Of a stretch of 64,000 nt of DNA, positions 26,503 through 35,741 are shown piece after piece. The stretch lies in IMG/VR virus record IMGVR_UViG_3300046454_000714, positions 23,528-87,527 of that record; one strand, 5' to 3'. Under the pieces are notes generated by a model. The model ran no database searches. It was not told the DNA's origin and worked only from the letters and a program-made list of their open reading frames with translations. The position numbers were made by a program, and so were the translations under genes. The DNA comes from a virus. The number at the start of each line of letters is the position of its first letter. Position 1 is the stretch's first letter.

Positions 26503-26685
26503 ATGGATACCGAGACGCGAGTGTGCACGTTCCTCGCTGCCGCCTCCTGGCTTGTGGCCGTAGTCGCTCTCATCGATTGGGCTCTGGGCAACTCGACCGC
26601 TCCCGCAGGGATCGTCACCTTCGCTCTCGTGGGCGCAGTCCTGACCCTTGTAGCGGTGACGCTGCGGAAGCAGGACGGGCGCTGA
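26503..26685 (+). CDS. Small two-TM membrane protein
   Basis: GGGGAG RBS; hydrophobic. Confidence 0.55.
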   Translation: MDTETRVCTFLAAASWLVAVVALIDWALGNSTAPAGIVTFALVGAVLTLVAVTLRKQDGR

Positions 26686-27074
26686 TGCCCAGACGAACCG
26701 GATGGCGCGTCTGCTCAACACCCGACTGCCCCGAGTTCAGTGACAAGGGCGGACGCTGCGACGACCACCGTCGCGAAGCTGAACAACGGCGAGGCACCGC
26801 ACGACAGCGCGGCTACACCGGCGAACACGAGACCAGGTTCCGGCCCGCAGTCCTAGCCCGCGACCCCATCTGCGTCTGCCCCGGCTGCAACCAGTGCACC
26901 ATCCCCGGCGAATGCTGCGACCGCGCCAGCATCCACGCAGACCACTGGCCCATCGACCGACGCGACCTCGTCGCACAAGGCCTCGACGCCAACGACCCCA
27001 AGCACGGCCGCGGCCTCTGCCCCCACTGCCACGGCAGCGCCACCGCCCAACACCAAGGGCCCTGGTTCACCTAG
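26685..27074 (+). CDS. Packaging-associated HNH endonuclease
   Basis: CSTPDCPE...RGTARQRGY...VLARDPIC...HADHWP...RGLCPHCH. Confidence 0.85.
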   Translation: MPRRTGWRVCSTPDCPEFSDKGGRCDDHRREAEQRRGTARQRGYTGEHETRFRPAVLARDPICVCPGCNQCTIPGECCDRASIHADHWPIDRRDLVAQGLDANDPKHGRGLCPHCHGSATAQHQGPWFT

Positions 27075-27150
27075 CACCCTGCGGCCAGCTACCGCAGACA
27101 GGACGCCCCGAGCCTCCCGGCCCGGGGCGTCCGCCATTCCGGGAGACGGC

Positions 27151-27675
27151 ATGACCAGCACAACGCGTGCGCGCATCACCACCTGTACCAAGCCCGGATG
27201 CGGCCGACCTCATCGGGCCCGAGGCCTGTGCTCCACCTGCTACAACCGCACGTACCAACCCAACCGGCACGCTGCCGTGCCCACCACGTGCACCGCATGC
27301 GGCGCCTCGATGCGGCGGCCACGCAAGGCCGACCGCCGGCCCACCTGCTCCATAGCCTGCCGCCGCATCGTGCAGTTCGGACCAGCAGCCGCACGGACAG
27401 GCAGCTACGACTGGAGCACTGATGCGGCGAAGCGGGCAGAGCTTGCCGGCGCCGCGGTCATCGACCGGTTCGACCGACTCCAGGTCTTCGAGCGCGACGG
27501 CTGGGTCTGCTACCGGTGCGAGCGGTCGACCGACCCGGACGCCTCCCCGTTCGACGTGACGAGCCCGACCGTCGACCATGTCGTGCCGCTATCGAAGGGC
27601 GGCGAGCACACCCTGGCCAACGTCCGCTGCTGCTGCCTGGGCTGCAACAGCTCCAAGCAGGACCACGCAGCGTAG
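27151..27675 (+). CDS. HNH endonuclease with N-terminal Zn fingers
   Basis: VFERDGWVCYRC...TVDHVVPLSKGGEHTLANVRCCCLGCNSSK. Confidence 0.9.
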   Translation: MTSTTRARITTCTKPGCGRPHRARGLCSTCYNRTYQPNRHAAVPTTCTACGASMRRPRKADRRPTCSIACRRIVQFGPAAARTGSYDWSTDAAKRAELAGAAVIDRFDRLQVFERDGWVCYRCERSTDPDASPFDVTSPTVDHVVPLSKGGEHTLANVRCCCLGCNSSKQDHAA

Positions 27676-27876
27676 CCAAAGCCGTGGCTGAGGGTGGGGG
27701 GTTGGGGTATCGATCCGGACAAATCCGGACCTTCGGGGAGGGACCTCGGAATCCATACGGGTCGCCAAATTCAAACGATCTTCGACGTGATCTTCAAGTG
27801 TGACCCTCTGTGACATTCGCCGTGCCGCAACGGCAGGCGTGAGTGCGTGCCGCAACGGCACTGAGGAGTGATCGAT

Positions 27877-28332
27877 ATGCCCGCCAATGGACCACTGCCG
27901 AAGGACCCCGGTCAGCGACGCCGGCGCAACGCCGACTTCGTAGCACCGACGACCCTTCCGGCCGACGGGCCTGACGGACCGACCCCTGAACTGCCAGGCG
28001 GCCACGACTACGACAGTCGCACGCTCGCCTGGTACGAGACGTGGCGGAACAGCCCGCAGGCTGCAACGTTCCTGATGACGGACTGGCAGCGGCTGCACAT
28101 GCTGGCCGAGCTGGTTCAGCAGTACTGGGAGGAACCCAGGAAGGATCTGCTCTCGGAGATCCGGCTGAATGAGGCTTCCCTCGGAGGCACGGCCGCAGAC
28201 CGCATTCGGCTTCGCTGGACCGTTGCCGAGCCGGACATCGAGCCCGCTGTACGCCGTTCTGCCGGCGCCCGCGGTGGGGCTTCTCGCCGTGACCGGGTTC
28301 TGAAGGTCGTCGATGGCCAGGCGGATAGCTGA
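27877..28332 (+). CDS. Terminase small subunit
   Basis: GPLPKDPGQRRRRN...WYETWRNSPQA...TDWQRL...EIRLNEASLGGTAADRIRLRW. Confidence 0.88.
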   Translation: MPANGPLPKDPGQRRRRNADFVAPTTLPADGPDGPTPELPGGHDYDSRTLAWYETWRNSPQAATFLMTDWQRLHMLAELVQQYWEEPRKDLLSEIRLNEASLGGTAADRIRLRWTVAEPDIEPAVRRSAGARGGASRRDRVLKVVDGQADS

Positions 28333-29932
28333 CCCGGACCGCTTCACCTCGCTCGGCTTCGAGGCCATCGACTGGATCGAGCACTACCTCTGCCACGGGC
28401 CCGGCGACGTACAGGGCGAGCCGTTGCTCATCGACGACGAGATGGCCGCCTTCATCGCCAAGGCTTACCAGCTCGACCCGGTGACGGGCCGCCGCAAGGT
28501 CAACCGTGCGTTCCTGTCCCGACCGAAGGGCCGGGCCAAGAGCGAACTCGCCGGCGCGCTGGTGTGTTTTGAGGCCCTGGGGCCGTGCCGCTTCGACGGC
28601 TGGGATGCCGAGAGCGACCCGGTAGGCCGCGCACAGGTGTACCCGTTCATCCGCTGCCTCGCGACGGAAGAGAACCAGGCGGGCAACACCTACGACAACG
28701 TCACCGCGATGCTGGAGCACCTCGTCGAGAACTTCGGCGACGAGTTCCCAGGCATCGACTTGGGTCGTTCGGCGCAGACATCGAGCCGCATCTTCATCGA
28801 GGGCGGCGGCGAGATCGTGCCGTCGACATCGTCGGGCGCGGCCAAGGATGGTGGCAAGGAGACGTTCGCCGTCTTCGATGAGATCCACCTCTACGTCCAT
28901 CCCGAGTTGCGGGCGATGCACAAGACGGTGCGCCGCAACCTGGTGAAGCGGCGCAGGGCCGAGCCGTGGTCGCTGGAGACATCGACGATGTATGCGGTCG
29001 GCGAGAACTCGGTAGCTGAGGCGACGCACGAGTACCACAAGGCGGTCGTCTCGGGCCGGGTGCGCGACGGCGGCCTGCTCTTCGACCACCGCGAGGCCCC
29101 GCACGTCGAGGATCTGCACGACGACGACCAGCTCATGCCCGCGCTGGAGTTCGTGTACGGCGACGCGGCGAAGTGGATGGACCTGGAGCGGATCGCCAGC
29201 GACATGCGCGAGCCCGACACCGATCCGGCAGACGCCCGGCGCTACTTCCTCAACCAGCCCGGCACTGCCTCGGCGAAGGCCTTCGACCCGGGCCGCTGGC
29301 GGGAGTTGGCGGACTCGCGCTTCATCGTTCCGGCGAAGGAAGCGATCTCGATCGGCTTCGACGGCTCGAAGTGGAGCGACTCAACGGGCTTTGTGGCAAC
29401 CCAGCTGGATACGGGCCACCAATGGGTGCTCGGCGTCTGGGAGTCGCCGGCGAACAAGCAGGAAGCCGAGTCGTGGGAAGTCCCTGAGGTCGAGGTCAAC
29501 GCCGTCCTGGATGACGCGATGAACACGTGGCGGGTCGTGCGCCTGTACGCGGACCCGGCGTACTACGAGGAGACGATCGCGGGCTGGGCCGGCAAGTACG
29601 GCCCGAAGGTGGTCACCGAGTGGTGGACGCACCGGCGCCGGCAGATGGCGTTCGCCCTGCGCGCGTACAAGACGGCGATGACGGGCGGCGAGCTGTCGCA
29701 CGACGGCAGTGACGCCTTCGCACGGCACATCGCCCAGGCGGTGAAGCGGAACGCGGGTGTGAAGGACGACGAGGGCAAGCCGATGTGGGTGATCCAGAAG
29801 GATCGCCACGATTCGCCCCGAAAGATCGACCTCGCGATGGCGGGCTGCCTGTCCTGGGAGGCCAGGCGGGACGCGATCAAGGCGGGCGGCAACGAGCCGC
29901 CGCGCTCCCGGAAAACAACTGTGATGCGCTGA
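28313..29932 (+). CDS. Terminase large subunit
   Basis: SRPKGRAKSE Walker A; FAVFDEIH Walker B; IGFDGS nuclease motif; RKIDLAMA. Confidence 0.95.
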   Translation: MARRIADPDRFTSLGFEAIDWIEHYLCHGPGDVQGEPLLIDDEMAAFIAKAYQLDPVTGRRKVNRAFLSRPKGRAKSELAGALVCFEALGPCRFDGWDAESDPVGRAQVYPFIRCLATEENQAGNTYDNVTAMLEHLVENFGDEFPGIDLGRSAQTSSRIFIEGGGEIVPSTSSGAAKDGGKETFAVFDEIHLYVHPELRAMHKTVRRNLVKRRRAEPWSLETSTMYAVGENSVAEATHEYHKAVVSGRVRDGGLLFDHREAPHVEDLHDDDQLMPALEFVYGDAAKWMDLERIASDMREPDTDPADARRYFLNQPGTASAKAFDPGRWRELADSRFIVPAKEAISIGFDGSKWSDSTGFVATQLDTGHQWVLGVWESPANKQEAESWEVPEVEVNAVLDDAMNTWRVVRLYADPAYYEETIAGWAGKYGPKVVTEWWTHRRRQMAFALRAYKTAMTGGELSHDGSDAFARHIAQAVKRNAGVKDDEGKPMWVIQKDRHDSPRKIDLAMAGCLSWEARRDAIKAGGNEPPRSRKTTVMR

Positions 29933-29947
29933 CGACGGGGGTGACCT

Positions 29948-31333
29948 ATGGCCCTCGATCTGGAACCGGATGCCTGGTTGAAGCGGCTGATCCACTGCCA
30001 TGACGGTGACCTGCCGCAGTTGAGGCTGATGGACAGCTACTACGAGGGCACGCAGCCTCTGTCGTATTTGGCTCCGGAGATTCAGTCGGAACTCTCGGAC
30101 CGGATGCGCCAACTGGTCATCAACTGGCCGCAGTTGGTCGTGGATGCCTTGGATGAGCGTCTGGACGTCGAGGGCTTCCGGTACGCGGACTCCGAGACGA
30201 CCGCGGCGGATCTGTGGGACGTGTGGCAGGCCTCCGACATGGACGAGGGTTCGCAGCAGGCCCACGTGGATGCTCTGGCCCTGAAACGCTCCTACGTGAT
30301 CATCGGCGCGAATGAGGACGACGAGGCGAACCCGATCGTGACCGCGGAGTCGGCGCTGGAGGTGTTCGCGGAGAGGGATCCGCGGACTCGCCAGGTGGTG
30401 GCGGCGGTGAAGCGTTGGGATGAGCCGTCGGCGGCCGGGTCGGCGCCGGTGAAGTGGGCGACGCTGTATCTGCCGAATGCGCGGATGACGTTCGAGCAGC
30501 AGAAGGGCGCTTGGGTCGAGGTCGACCGGGATGAGCACAACCTCGGCGAGGTGCTGGTTGTTCCGTTGGCGAACCGGCCGCGACTGCGGCACCTGGATGG
30601 CACGTCCGAACTCCGCTCGGTCATCCCGATCTCGGACGCGGCCTGCAAGATCGCCTCGGACATGATGGTCAGCGCGGAGTATCACGCGATGCCGCGCCGG
30701 TGGGCGACGGGCATGTCGCGTGACGACTTCGCCGACGAGAACGGGCAACCGCTGGGCGCGATGTCGGCGCTGGCAGGCCGCATGTGGACGAACGAGAGCA
30801 ACGAGGTGAAGTTCGGGCAGTTCCAGGAGGCCCAGCTCTCCAACTTCCACGAAACGATCAACGTTCTCGCCCGCCTGGTGGCCGCGATCACGGGCCTGCC
30901 TCCCGCATTCCTCGGCCTGGCGACGGATCAGCCTCCGTCTGCGGATGCGATCCGCGCGTCGGAGGCCCGCCTGGTGAAGCGCGCGGAGCGCCGTCAGCGT
31001 GCGTTCGGCGAAGCCTGGGAGCGGGTCATGCGCCTCGTTCTCCTGGTGCGGGACGGCGAGTTGGACCCGCGGACCCGCAAGCTCGAAACCGTGTGGCGGG
31101 ATCCGTCGACGCCGACGTTCGCGCAGAAGGCCGACGCGGTCGTCAAGCTGCACGCCTCCGGCATTCTGCCGACGGAGCAGGCGTGGGAGGACTTGGGCTA
31201 CAGCGCAGTGCAGCGGGCCCGGATGCGGGGCATGCAGGACGATGCCCTGACCCGGATGACGGCCATGGACCTGCACCAGATGTCGACAGCCCAGGATCCG
31301 GCGCCCGTTGAGGCGCCTCCCGTCGGCGGCTGA
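29948..31333 (+). CDS. Portal protein (SPP1 gp6-like)
   Basis: YYEGTQPL...NWPQLVVDALDERL...SADAIRASEARLVKRAERRQRAFGEAWE. Confidence 0.95.
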   Translation: MALDLEPDAWLKRLIHCHDGDLPQLRLMDSYYEGTQPLSYLAPEIQSELSDRMRQLVINWPQLVVDALDERLDVEGFRYADSETTAADLWDVWQASDMDEGSQQAHVDALALKRSYVIIGANEDDEANPIVTAESALEVFAERDPRTRQVVAAVKRWDEPSAAGSAPVKWATLYLPNARMTFEQQKGAWVEVDRDEHNLGEVLVVPLANRPRLRHLDGTSELRSVIPISDAACKIASDMMVSAEYHAMPRRWATGMSRDDFADENGQPLGAMSALAGRMWTNESNEVKFGQFQEAQLSNFHETINVLARLVAAITGLPPAFLGLATDQPPSADAIRASEARLVKRAERRQRAFGEAWERVMRLVLLVRDGELDPRTRKLETVWRDPSTPTFAQKADAVVKLHASGILPTEQAWEDLGYSAVQRARMRGMQDDALTRMTAMDLHQMSTAQDPAPVEAPPVGG

Positions 31334-31335
31334 TC

Positions 31336-33327
31336 GTGGCCGTCGAGACGCAGGCGCACCAGGACATCATCGACGCCTATGGCCGGTCTCAGCAGCGGGC
31401 TGTCATCCAGACGACGGTGACGCTGCAGCGGCTGTGGAAGGAGCTTGCGGCCACGGATCTCTCACGGTCGTGGCTCGGGGGTCTGGGTGCGGCGATGGTG
31501 CGGGCCGTGTCGGCCGGCCAGTTGGTGGCGGCGTCGACGGGCCAGAAGTACATCGAGGCGATGGTCCGCGGGGATGGGCTGGGCAACAACTACATGGAGC
31601 AGGCGTCGCATGTCGACGCCCGCTCGTTCTCGGGTGCCGCGTCGGACGGCCGGGCGCTGGACAGCCTGCTGTATCTGCCGGTGATTCGCACGAAGACGCT
31701 GATCGGTAACGGGCTGACGTTGCAGGAGGCGATGCTCGGCGGCAGGGCCCAGCTCTTGCAGGTGGCCGCTTCGGAGGTCGCGGATGCGGGCCGTGGTGCG
31801 GCCAGTGTGTCGATGATCGCGAACCGGTCGGTGACGGGCTACGTGCGGACTGTCCGCTCGGGGGCCTGTGCGCGGTGCGCGATTCTCGCTGGCCGCTGGT
31901 ACCGGTGGAATGCCGACTTCGAACGGCACAAGAGGTGCTTCCCCGCCGGTGTCGTCGTGTCAGGCCCGCGCACGCTGGCGGCCACGCGGCGGCGGTATGA
32001 GGGGGAACTCGTCATCCTCACGACGGCGAGTGGCCAGGAGCTCCCCGCCACCGGCAATCACCCGATACTGACGCGACGCGGCTGGGTCGCTGCCAATCTC
32101 ATCCAGGAAGGCGACGAGGTAGTCCGCAGCCTCCGGCCGGAGGGCGCTGCGCCCCTCGTAGTCCCAGATCATCAGCAGATGCCATCCCGCATCGAGGATG
32201 TATGGGCTACGGAGAGCGTGGCGGGCGTGCTTCGCGGCGTGCCAACCACCGCCGAGGATTTCCACGGCGACGGAGGCCACGGCGAAGTCGACGTTGTAGG
32301 GCCCAACCGCTTTCTGTGGGGTGAAGTCGAGGCAGCGCTCGCGCAGCATCTGGGCGAAGAGGTCCTCACCGTCGGAGCGTTGGGCTCGATCGGCATTCCG
32401 CTCTCGGCTCAGCGCGGCCACTTTGAGCGTGTCACCGGAGATCGGTTTGCCGCGGACGGCGTCATGGGCGGCCTGCGTGATCCTGGCCCGCTCCTCGGGG
32501 CTGGCCTTGGACATGCGCAGGGCATTGGCTTCAGCGCGGTCGCGGAGATGCGTCCCGGCCTGCTTGAGGTGGCGCCGCACGACGCCTCGCATGACGCCAT
32601 AGCGGATGGATATGGACTGTTCGCTCTCTCCGCTCTCGTAGGCGGCAACGAGTTCAGCGGTGGGGAGATCTATGGCGCAGGGCCGCGGTGGGATGCCGCG
32701 GGCCTGGCGGGCTCGATGGAAGACGCTGAGCGAGATGCCCGAGTTGGCCGCGAGCTCCTTGAGCGGCTCGCCGGACAGGTAGAGCTCGATCGCGTGGTCG
32801 AGGCGCGCAGGGTCAGTTGGTCCGGGCATGTGTATGACCTCAATTCGACAGAGGGCTGGTTCAACGCGAACGGCCTAATCGTATCTAACTGTCAGTGCTA
32901 CGGGGTGCCAGCTACAGAGGCTCGCCCGGGCCGTCACACGAACCCGATGTCGTTCTTTCAGGGTCTGTCGCGCGCGGAGCAGGATCGCCGGTTCACGATC
33001 GGCGGCGCGGAGGCGATCCGGAACGGCGCCGACATCTACTCGGTGGTGAACGCGGGCCGTTCGACGATCACGCTGGACGCCTACGGCAAGAAGGTCGTGG
33101 CGACGCTCGAAGGCACGACGAAGCGCGGCGCGTTCTACCAGCAGATGCTGCGTGAGGCCGAGCAGCGCACCGGGCAGAGGTTCGCCCGGAACGGCTACGA
33201 CCTGGAGCGTGGCCTGCCCCGCTTTCACCTGCGGACGCCACGGCTCACGCCCGGCGAGATCCTGCGTCTCTCGGATGACCGTAACGAGCTGATCCGCCTG
33301 CTACGGCGTTTCGGCTACCTGTCGTAG
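31336..33327 (+). CDS. MuF-like minor capsid / head morphogenesis protein containing an intein
   Basis: GACARCAILAG...FERHKR|intein|CQCYGVP; located after the portal gene. Confidence 0.88.
   Translation: MAVETQAHQDIIDAYGRSQQRAVIQTTVTLQRLWKELAATDLSRSWLGGLGAAMVRAVSAGQLVAASTGQKYIEAMVRGDGLGNNYMEQASHVDARSFSGAASDGRALDSLLYLPVIRTKTLIGNGLTLQEAMLGGRAQLLQVAASEVADAGRGAASVSMIANRSVTGYVRTVRSGACARCAILAGRWYRWNADFERHKRCFPAGVVVSGPRTLAATRRRYEGELVILTTASGQELPATGNHPILTRRGWVAANLIQEGDEVVRSLRPEGAAPLVVPDHQQMPSRIEDVWATESVAGVLRGVPTTAEDFHGDGGHGEVDVVGPNRFLWGEVEAALAQHLGEEVLTVGALGSIGIPLSAQRGHFERVTGDRFAADGVMGGLRDPGPLLGAGLGHAQGIGFSAVAEMRPGLLEVAPHDASHDAIADGYGLFALSALVGGNEFSGGEIYGAGPRWDAAGLAGSMEDAERDARVGRELLERLAGQVELDRVVEARRVSWSGHVYDLNSTEGWFNANGLIVSNCQCYGVPATEARPGRHTNPMSFFQGLSRAEQDRRFTIGGAEAIRNGADIYSVVNAGRSTITLDAYGKKVVATLEGTTKRGAFYQQMLREAEQRTGQRFARNGYDLERGLPRFHLRTPRLTPGEILRLSDDRNELIRLLRRFGYLS
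31936..32889 (+). mobile_element. Intein (318 aa, C201 to N518; +1 residue Cys)
   Basis: Block A CFPAG; block B ATGNHPILT; block F VYDL; block G NGLIVSN/C. Confidence 0.9.
31960..32829 (-). CDS. Antisense HTH plus DUF559/Vsr-like PD-(D/E)xK endonuclease nested inside the intein
   Basis: AIELYLSGEPLKELAA, AYESGESEQSISIRYGV (HTH); SDGEDLFAQMLRER...FTPQKAVGPYNVDFAV..VAVEILGGGWH...AGWHLLMIW. Confidence 0.85.
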   Translation of the reverse strand: MPGPTDPARLDHAIELYLSGEPLKELAANSGISLSVFHRARQARGIPPRPCAIDLPTAELVAAYESGESEQSISIRYGVMRGVVRRHLKQAGTHLRDRAEANALRMSKASPEERARITQAAHDAVRGKPISGDTLKVAALSRERNADRAQRSDGEDLFAQMLRERCLDFTPQKAVGPYNVDFAVASVAVEILGGGWHAAKHARHALRSPYILDAGWHLLMIWDYEGRSALRPEAADYLVAFLDEIGSDPAASRQYRVIAGGGELLATRRREDDEFPLIPPPRGRQRARA

Positions 33328-33406
33328 CCCGCAGGCCGCCGCATCACGACCCAAGTTTGGCCGCGCGCAAGGCGCGGTCTCTGATCCCGCAATGGGAGTT
33401 CCATCC

Positions 33407-34147
33407 ATGAGTGCGACTCGTACCCGCTGGCTGCCCGCTGCTCAGAGCGTGGGCTGGTTCCGGCTCAACCGTCACGAAGACCCCGACCCCGCCGACCCGG
33501 AGCCTGCTCCGGACCCGGCAGCCGATCCGGCAGATCCGGATCCCGAGCCTGACCCGGCAGGCGACCCGGCGGACCCCGAGCCTGATCCGGAGCCTGAAGG
33601 CGCGGACAAACTCGGCGATGAGGGCAAGAAGGCTCTCGACCGGATGAAGGCCGAGCGTGCCGCGGCCAAGAAGACTGCCGCTGCCGAGAAGAAGCGCGCC
33701 GACGACCTTGCACGCAAGGTGCAGGAGTTCGAGGACGCGCAGAAGTCTGAGGCGGAAAAGCTCGCGGCGAAGGTCGAACGGTCTGCCCAGCGGGAGGCCA
33801 AGGCGACCGCGCGTGCCGTGGCGGCCGAAGTGCGGGCCGCGGCCGGCGAGTTCGCCGACCCGGGCGACGCCGTGGATGTGCTGATGCGCGACCCCAGCCA
33901 GTACGTCGACGCGGACGGCGAGATCGACATGGACGCCATCGAGACGGCCCTGACGGATCTGCTGGGCCGGAAGCCGCACTGGAAGAAGCCTGAGCCGGCC
34001 GCCCCGGTGGTTGAGCCGAAGCAGAAGCTGAAGCCGGATCCGGGCCAGGGCTCGCGTGGCGCTCCGGCTCCCGTGGACTACCGCACCGCCTCGAAGGAAG
34101 AGGTCGCTGCGGAGCTCGGCAAATTCGGCTACCGGCAGCGCGTGTGA
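33407..34147 (+). CDS. Head scaffolding protein
   Basis: D/P/E-rich N-terminus; LGDEGKKALDRMKAER coiled coil; PDPGQGSRG. Confidence 0.9.
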   Translation: MSATRTRWLPAAQSVGWFRLNRHEDPDPADPEPAPDPAADPADPDPEPDPAGDPADPEPDPEPEGADKLGDEGKKALDRMKAERAAAKKTAAAEKKRADDLARKVQEFEDAQKSEAEKLAAKVERSAQREAKATARAVAAEVRAAAGEFADPGDAVDVLMRDPSQYVDADGEIDMDAIETALTDLLGRKPHWKKPEPAAPVVEPKQKLKPDPGQGSRGAPAPVDYRTASKEEVAAELGKFGYRQRV

Positions 34148-34335
34148 TCACGGTCCGGGCCCGGTTGGGCGGCGGACGCACCTCGATTGAGGTGTCCGGT
34201 CACGACGAGCCTGCTGCTGGGGGTCGCGTCTGCGCCGCCGTGACGGCCATCACCCAAACCGCGCTGCTGGGCCTGGATCAGTACGCCCAGCAGTACCCGG
34301 ACCAAGTGTCCATAGAGATCATCACTGAGGAGTGA
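34144..34335 (+). CDS. Prp-family (DUF464-like) cysteine protease, minimal 63 aa
   Basis: IEVSGH...VCAAVTAITQT...QYP: His20/Cys30 dyad. Confidence 0.82.
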   Translation: MITVRARLGGGRTSIEVSGHDEPAAGGRVCAAVTAITQTALLGLDQYAQQYPDQVSIEIITEE

Positions 34336-34337
34336 GA

Positions 34338-35669
34338 ATGACCCCCACCATGTCCGCGGTTCGCCCGCGGCTCCACCGCGCCCCGCGGCCGTGGTTCAAG
34401 CTGGACCGGCACGCCGGTGTCCGGCCGTCCCTGCCCGCCGGCATCCAGGCGATGCTGCAGAACGGCATCCTCGACCGTGTCTTCCGCGACGCGCTGGTGC
34501 CGAACTTCCTGTTCCCTCAGATCGCAGACGCTGAGCCGTGGATGGGCGGGCTGGGCGACACGAAGACGTTCACCCGCAAGGGTCTGCTCGCCCCGGTGAC
34601 GACTCCGGTGACGGGTTCGGACCCGTCGGCGGCGACGTACAGCATCGAGCAGTGGTCCGTGACGATGGACCAGTACGCGAACTCGATGGACACCAACATG
34701 CTCGGCTCGGCGATGGCGCTGGCCAGCAAGTTCCTGGCGGACGTCGAGAACCTGGGCATCAACGCCGGGCAGACCATCAACCAGGTGGCCCGCAACAAGC
34801 TGTACAAGGCGTATGCGGGCGGCCGGACCTGGGTGACCACGGCCGGCTCCTCGGACACGTCGATGATCGTCAACTCGACGGACGGCTTCACCACCGTCAT
34901 GGTCAACGGCGTCCCGACCGCCGTGTCCGCGTCGAACCCGCTGACCGTGTCGGTCGCGGGTGTCGCGAACACGGTGACCGGCGTCAACACCGGCACCAGC
35001 ACGCTGACCCTGGGCACCGCCCGGGTGGATGTCGCCGGTGACTACGTGACCGCGGCGAACGCCCCGGTCTCGGTCCGGGCGACCGGTAACTCGCCCTACG
35101 ACCTGTCGTCGTCGAACGTCGTGACGTTCGCGAACTTCCGGGCCGCGGTGGCGCGTCTGCGGAAGATGGCGGTTCCGACGGTGGGCGGCTACTACGTCGC
35201 CCACATCGACCCGGACACGGAGGCGCAGCTTTTCGCGGACGCCGACTTCAAGCAGGCCCTTCAGGGCCGCGTGGACTCGCCGATCTACACGGAGCTGTCC
35301 ATTGGCCGGTTCGCGGGCATCGACTGGGTGCGCAACCTGGAGGCGCCGACCATCACCAACGGCGGCTCTGCGGGCACCCTGACGGTGCACCGGCCGATCG
35401 TGCTGGGTGCGAACGCGCTGATGTCGGCGCCGTTCGAGGGCACCAACACCCTTCTCGCCGGTACCGGCGTCGAGGACGTGCCGGAGATCCGCACCATCAA
35501 CGCCGCCCCCGGTGTGGACGTCACCCTGCTGGTGCGCCCGGCGCAGGACCGGCTGCAGCAGGTCATCGCCTCGACCTGGTCGTGGGTCGGCGACTACGGC
35601 GTTCCGTCGGACGCGGGCACGGGCGACGCGGCGCTGTACAAGCGCGGCGTCGTCATCGAGCACGCCTGA
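34338..35669 (+). CDS. Major capsid protein
   Basis: Position after the scaffold gene, size, LGINAGQTINQVARNKLY...YVAHIDP...YKRGVVIEHA. Confidence 0.9.
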   Translation: MTPTMSAVRPRLHRAPRPWFKLDRHAGVRPSLPAGIQAMLQNGILDRVFRDALVPNFLFPQIADAEPWMGGLGDTKTFTRKGLLAPVTTPVTGSDPSAATYSIEQWSVTMDQYANSMDTNMLGSAMALASKFLADVENLGINAGQTINQVARNKLYKAYAGGRTWVTTAGSSDTSMIVNSTDGFTTVMVNGVPTAVSASNPLTVSVAGVANTVTGVNTGTSTLTLGTARVDVAGDYVTAANAPVSVRATGNSPYDLSSSNVVTFANFRAAVARLRKMAVPTVGGYYVAHIDPDTEAQLFADADFKQALQGRVDSPIYTELSIGRFAGIDWVRNLEAPTITNGGSAGTLTVHRPIVLGANALMSAPFEGTNTLLAGTGVEDVPEIRTINAAPGVDVTLLVRPAQDRLQQVIASTWSWVGDYGVPSDAGTGDAALYKRGVVIEHA

Positions 35670-35741
35670 CCCCGTCTCCCTCCGGCGTGGACAACCCTGT
35701 CCGTCCGCGCCGGAGGGCCTTCAGGAAGGAAGGAGAGCAGC

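Noticed and set aside
33476-33600. GACCCG/GATCCG short repeats resembling TraB sites
   Set aside because: Explained by the Asp-Pro/Glu-Pro low-complexity scaffold N-terminus.
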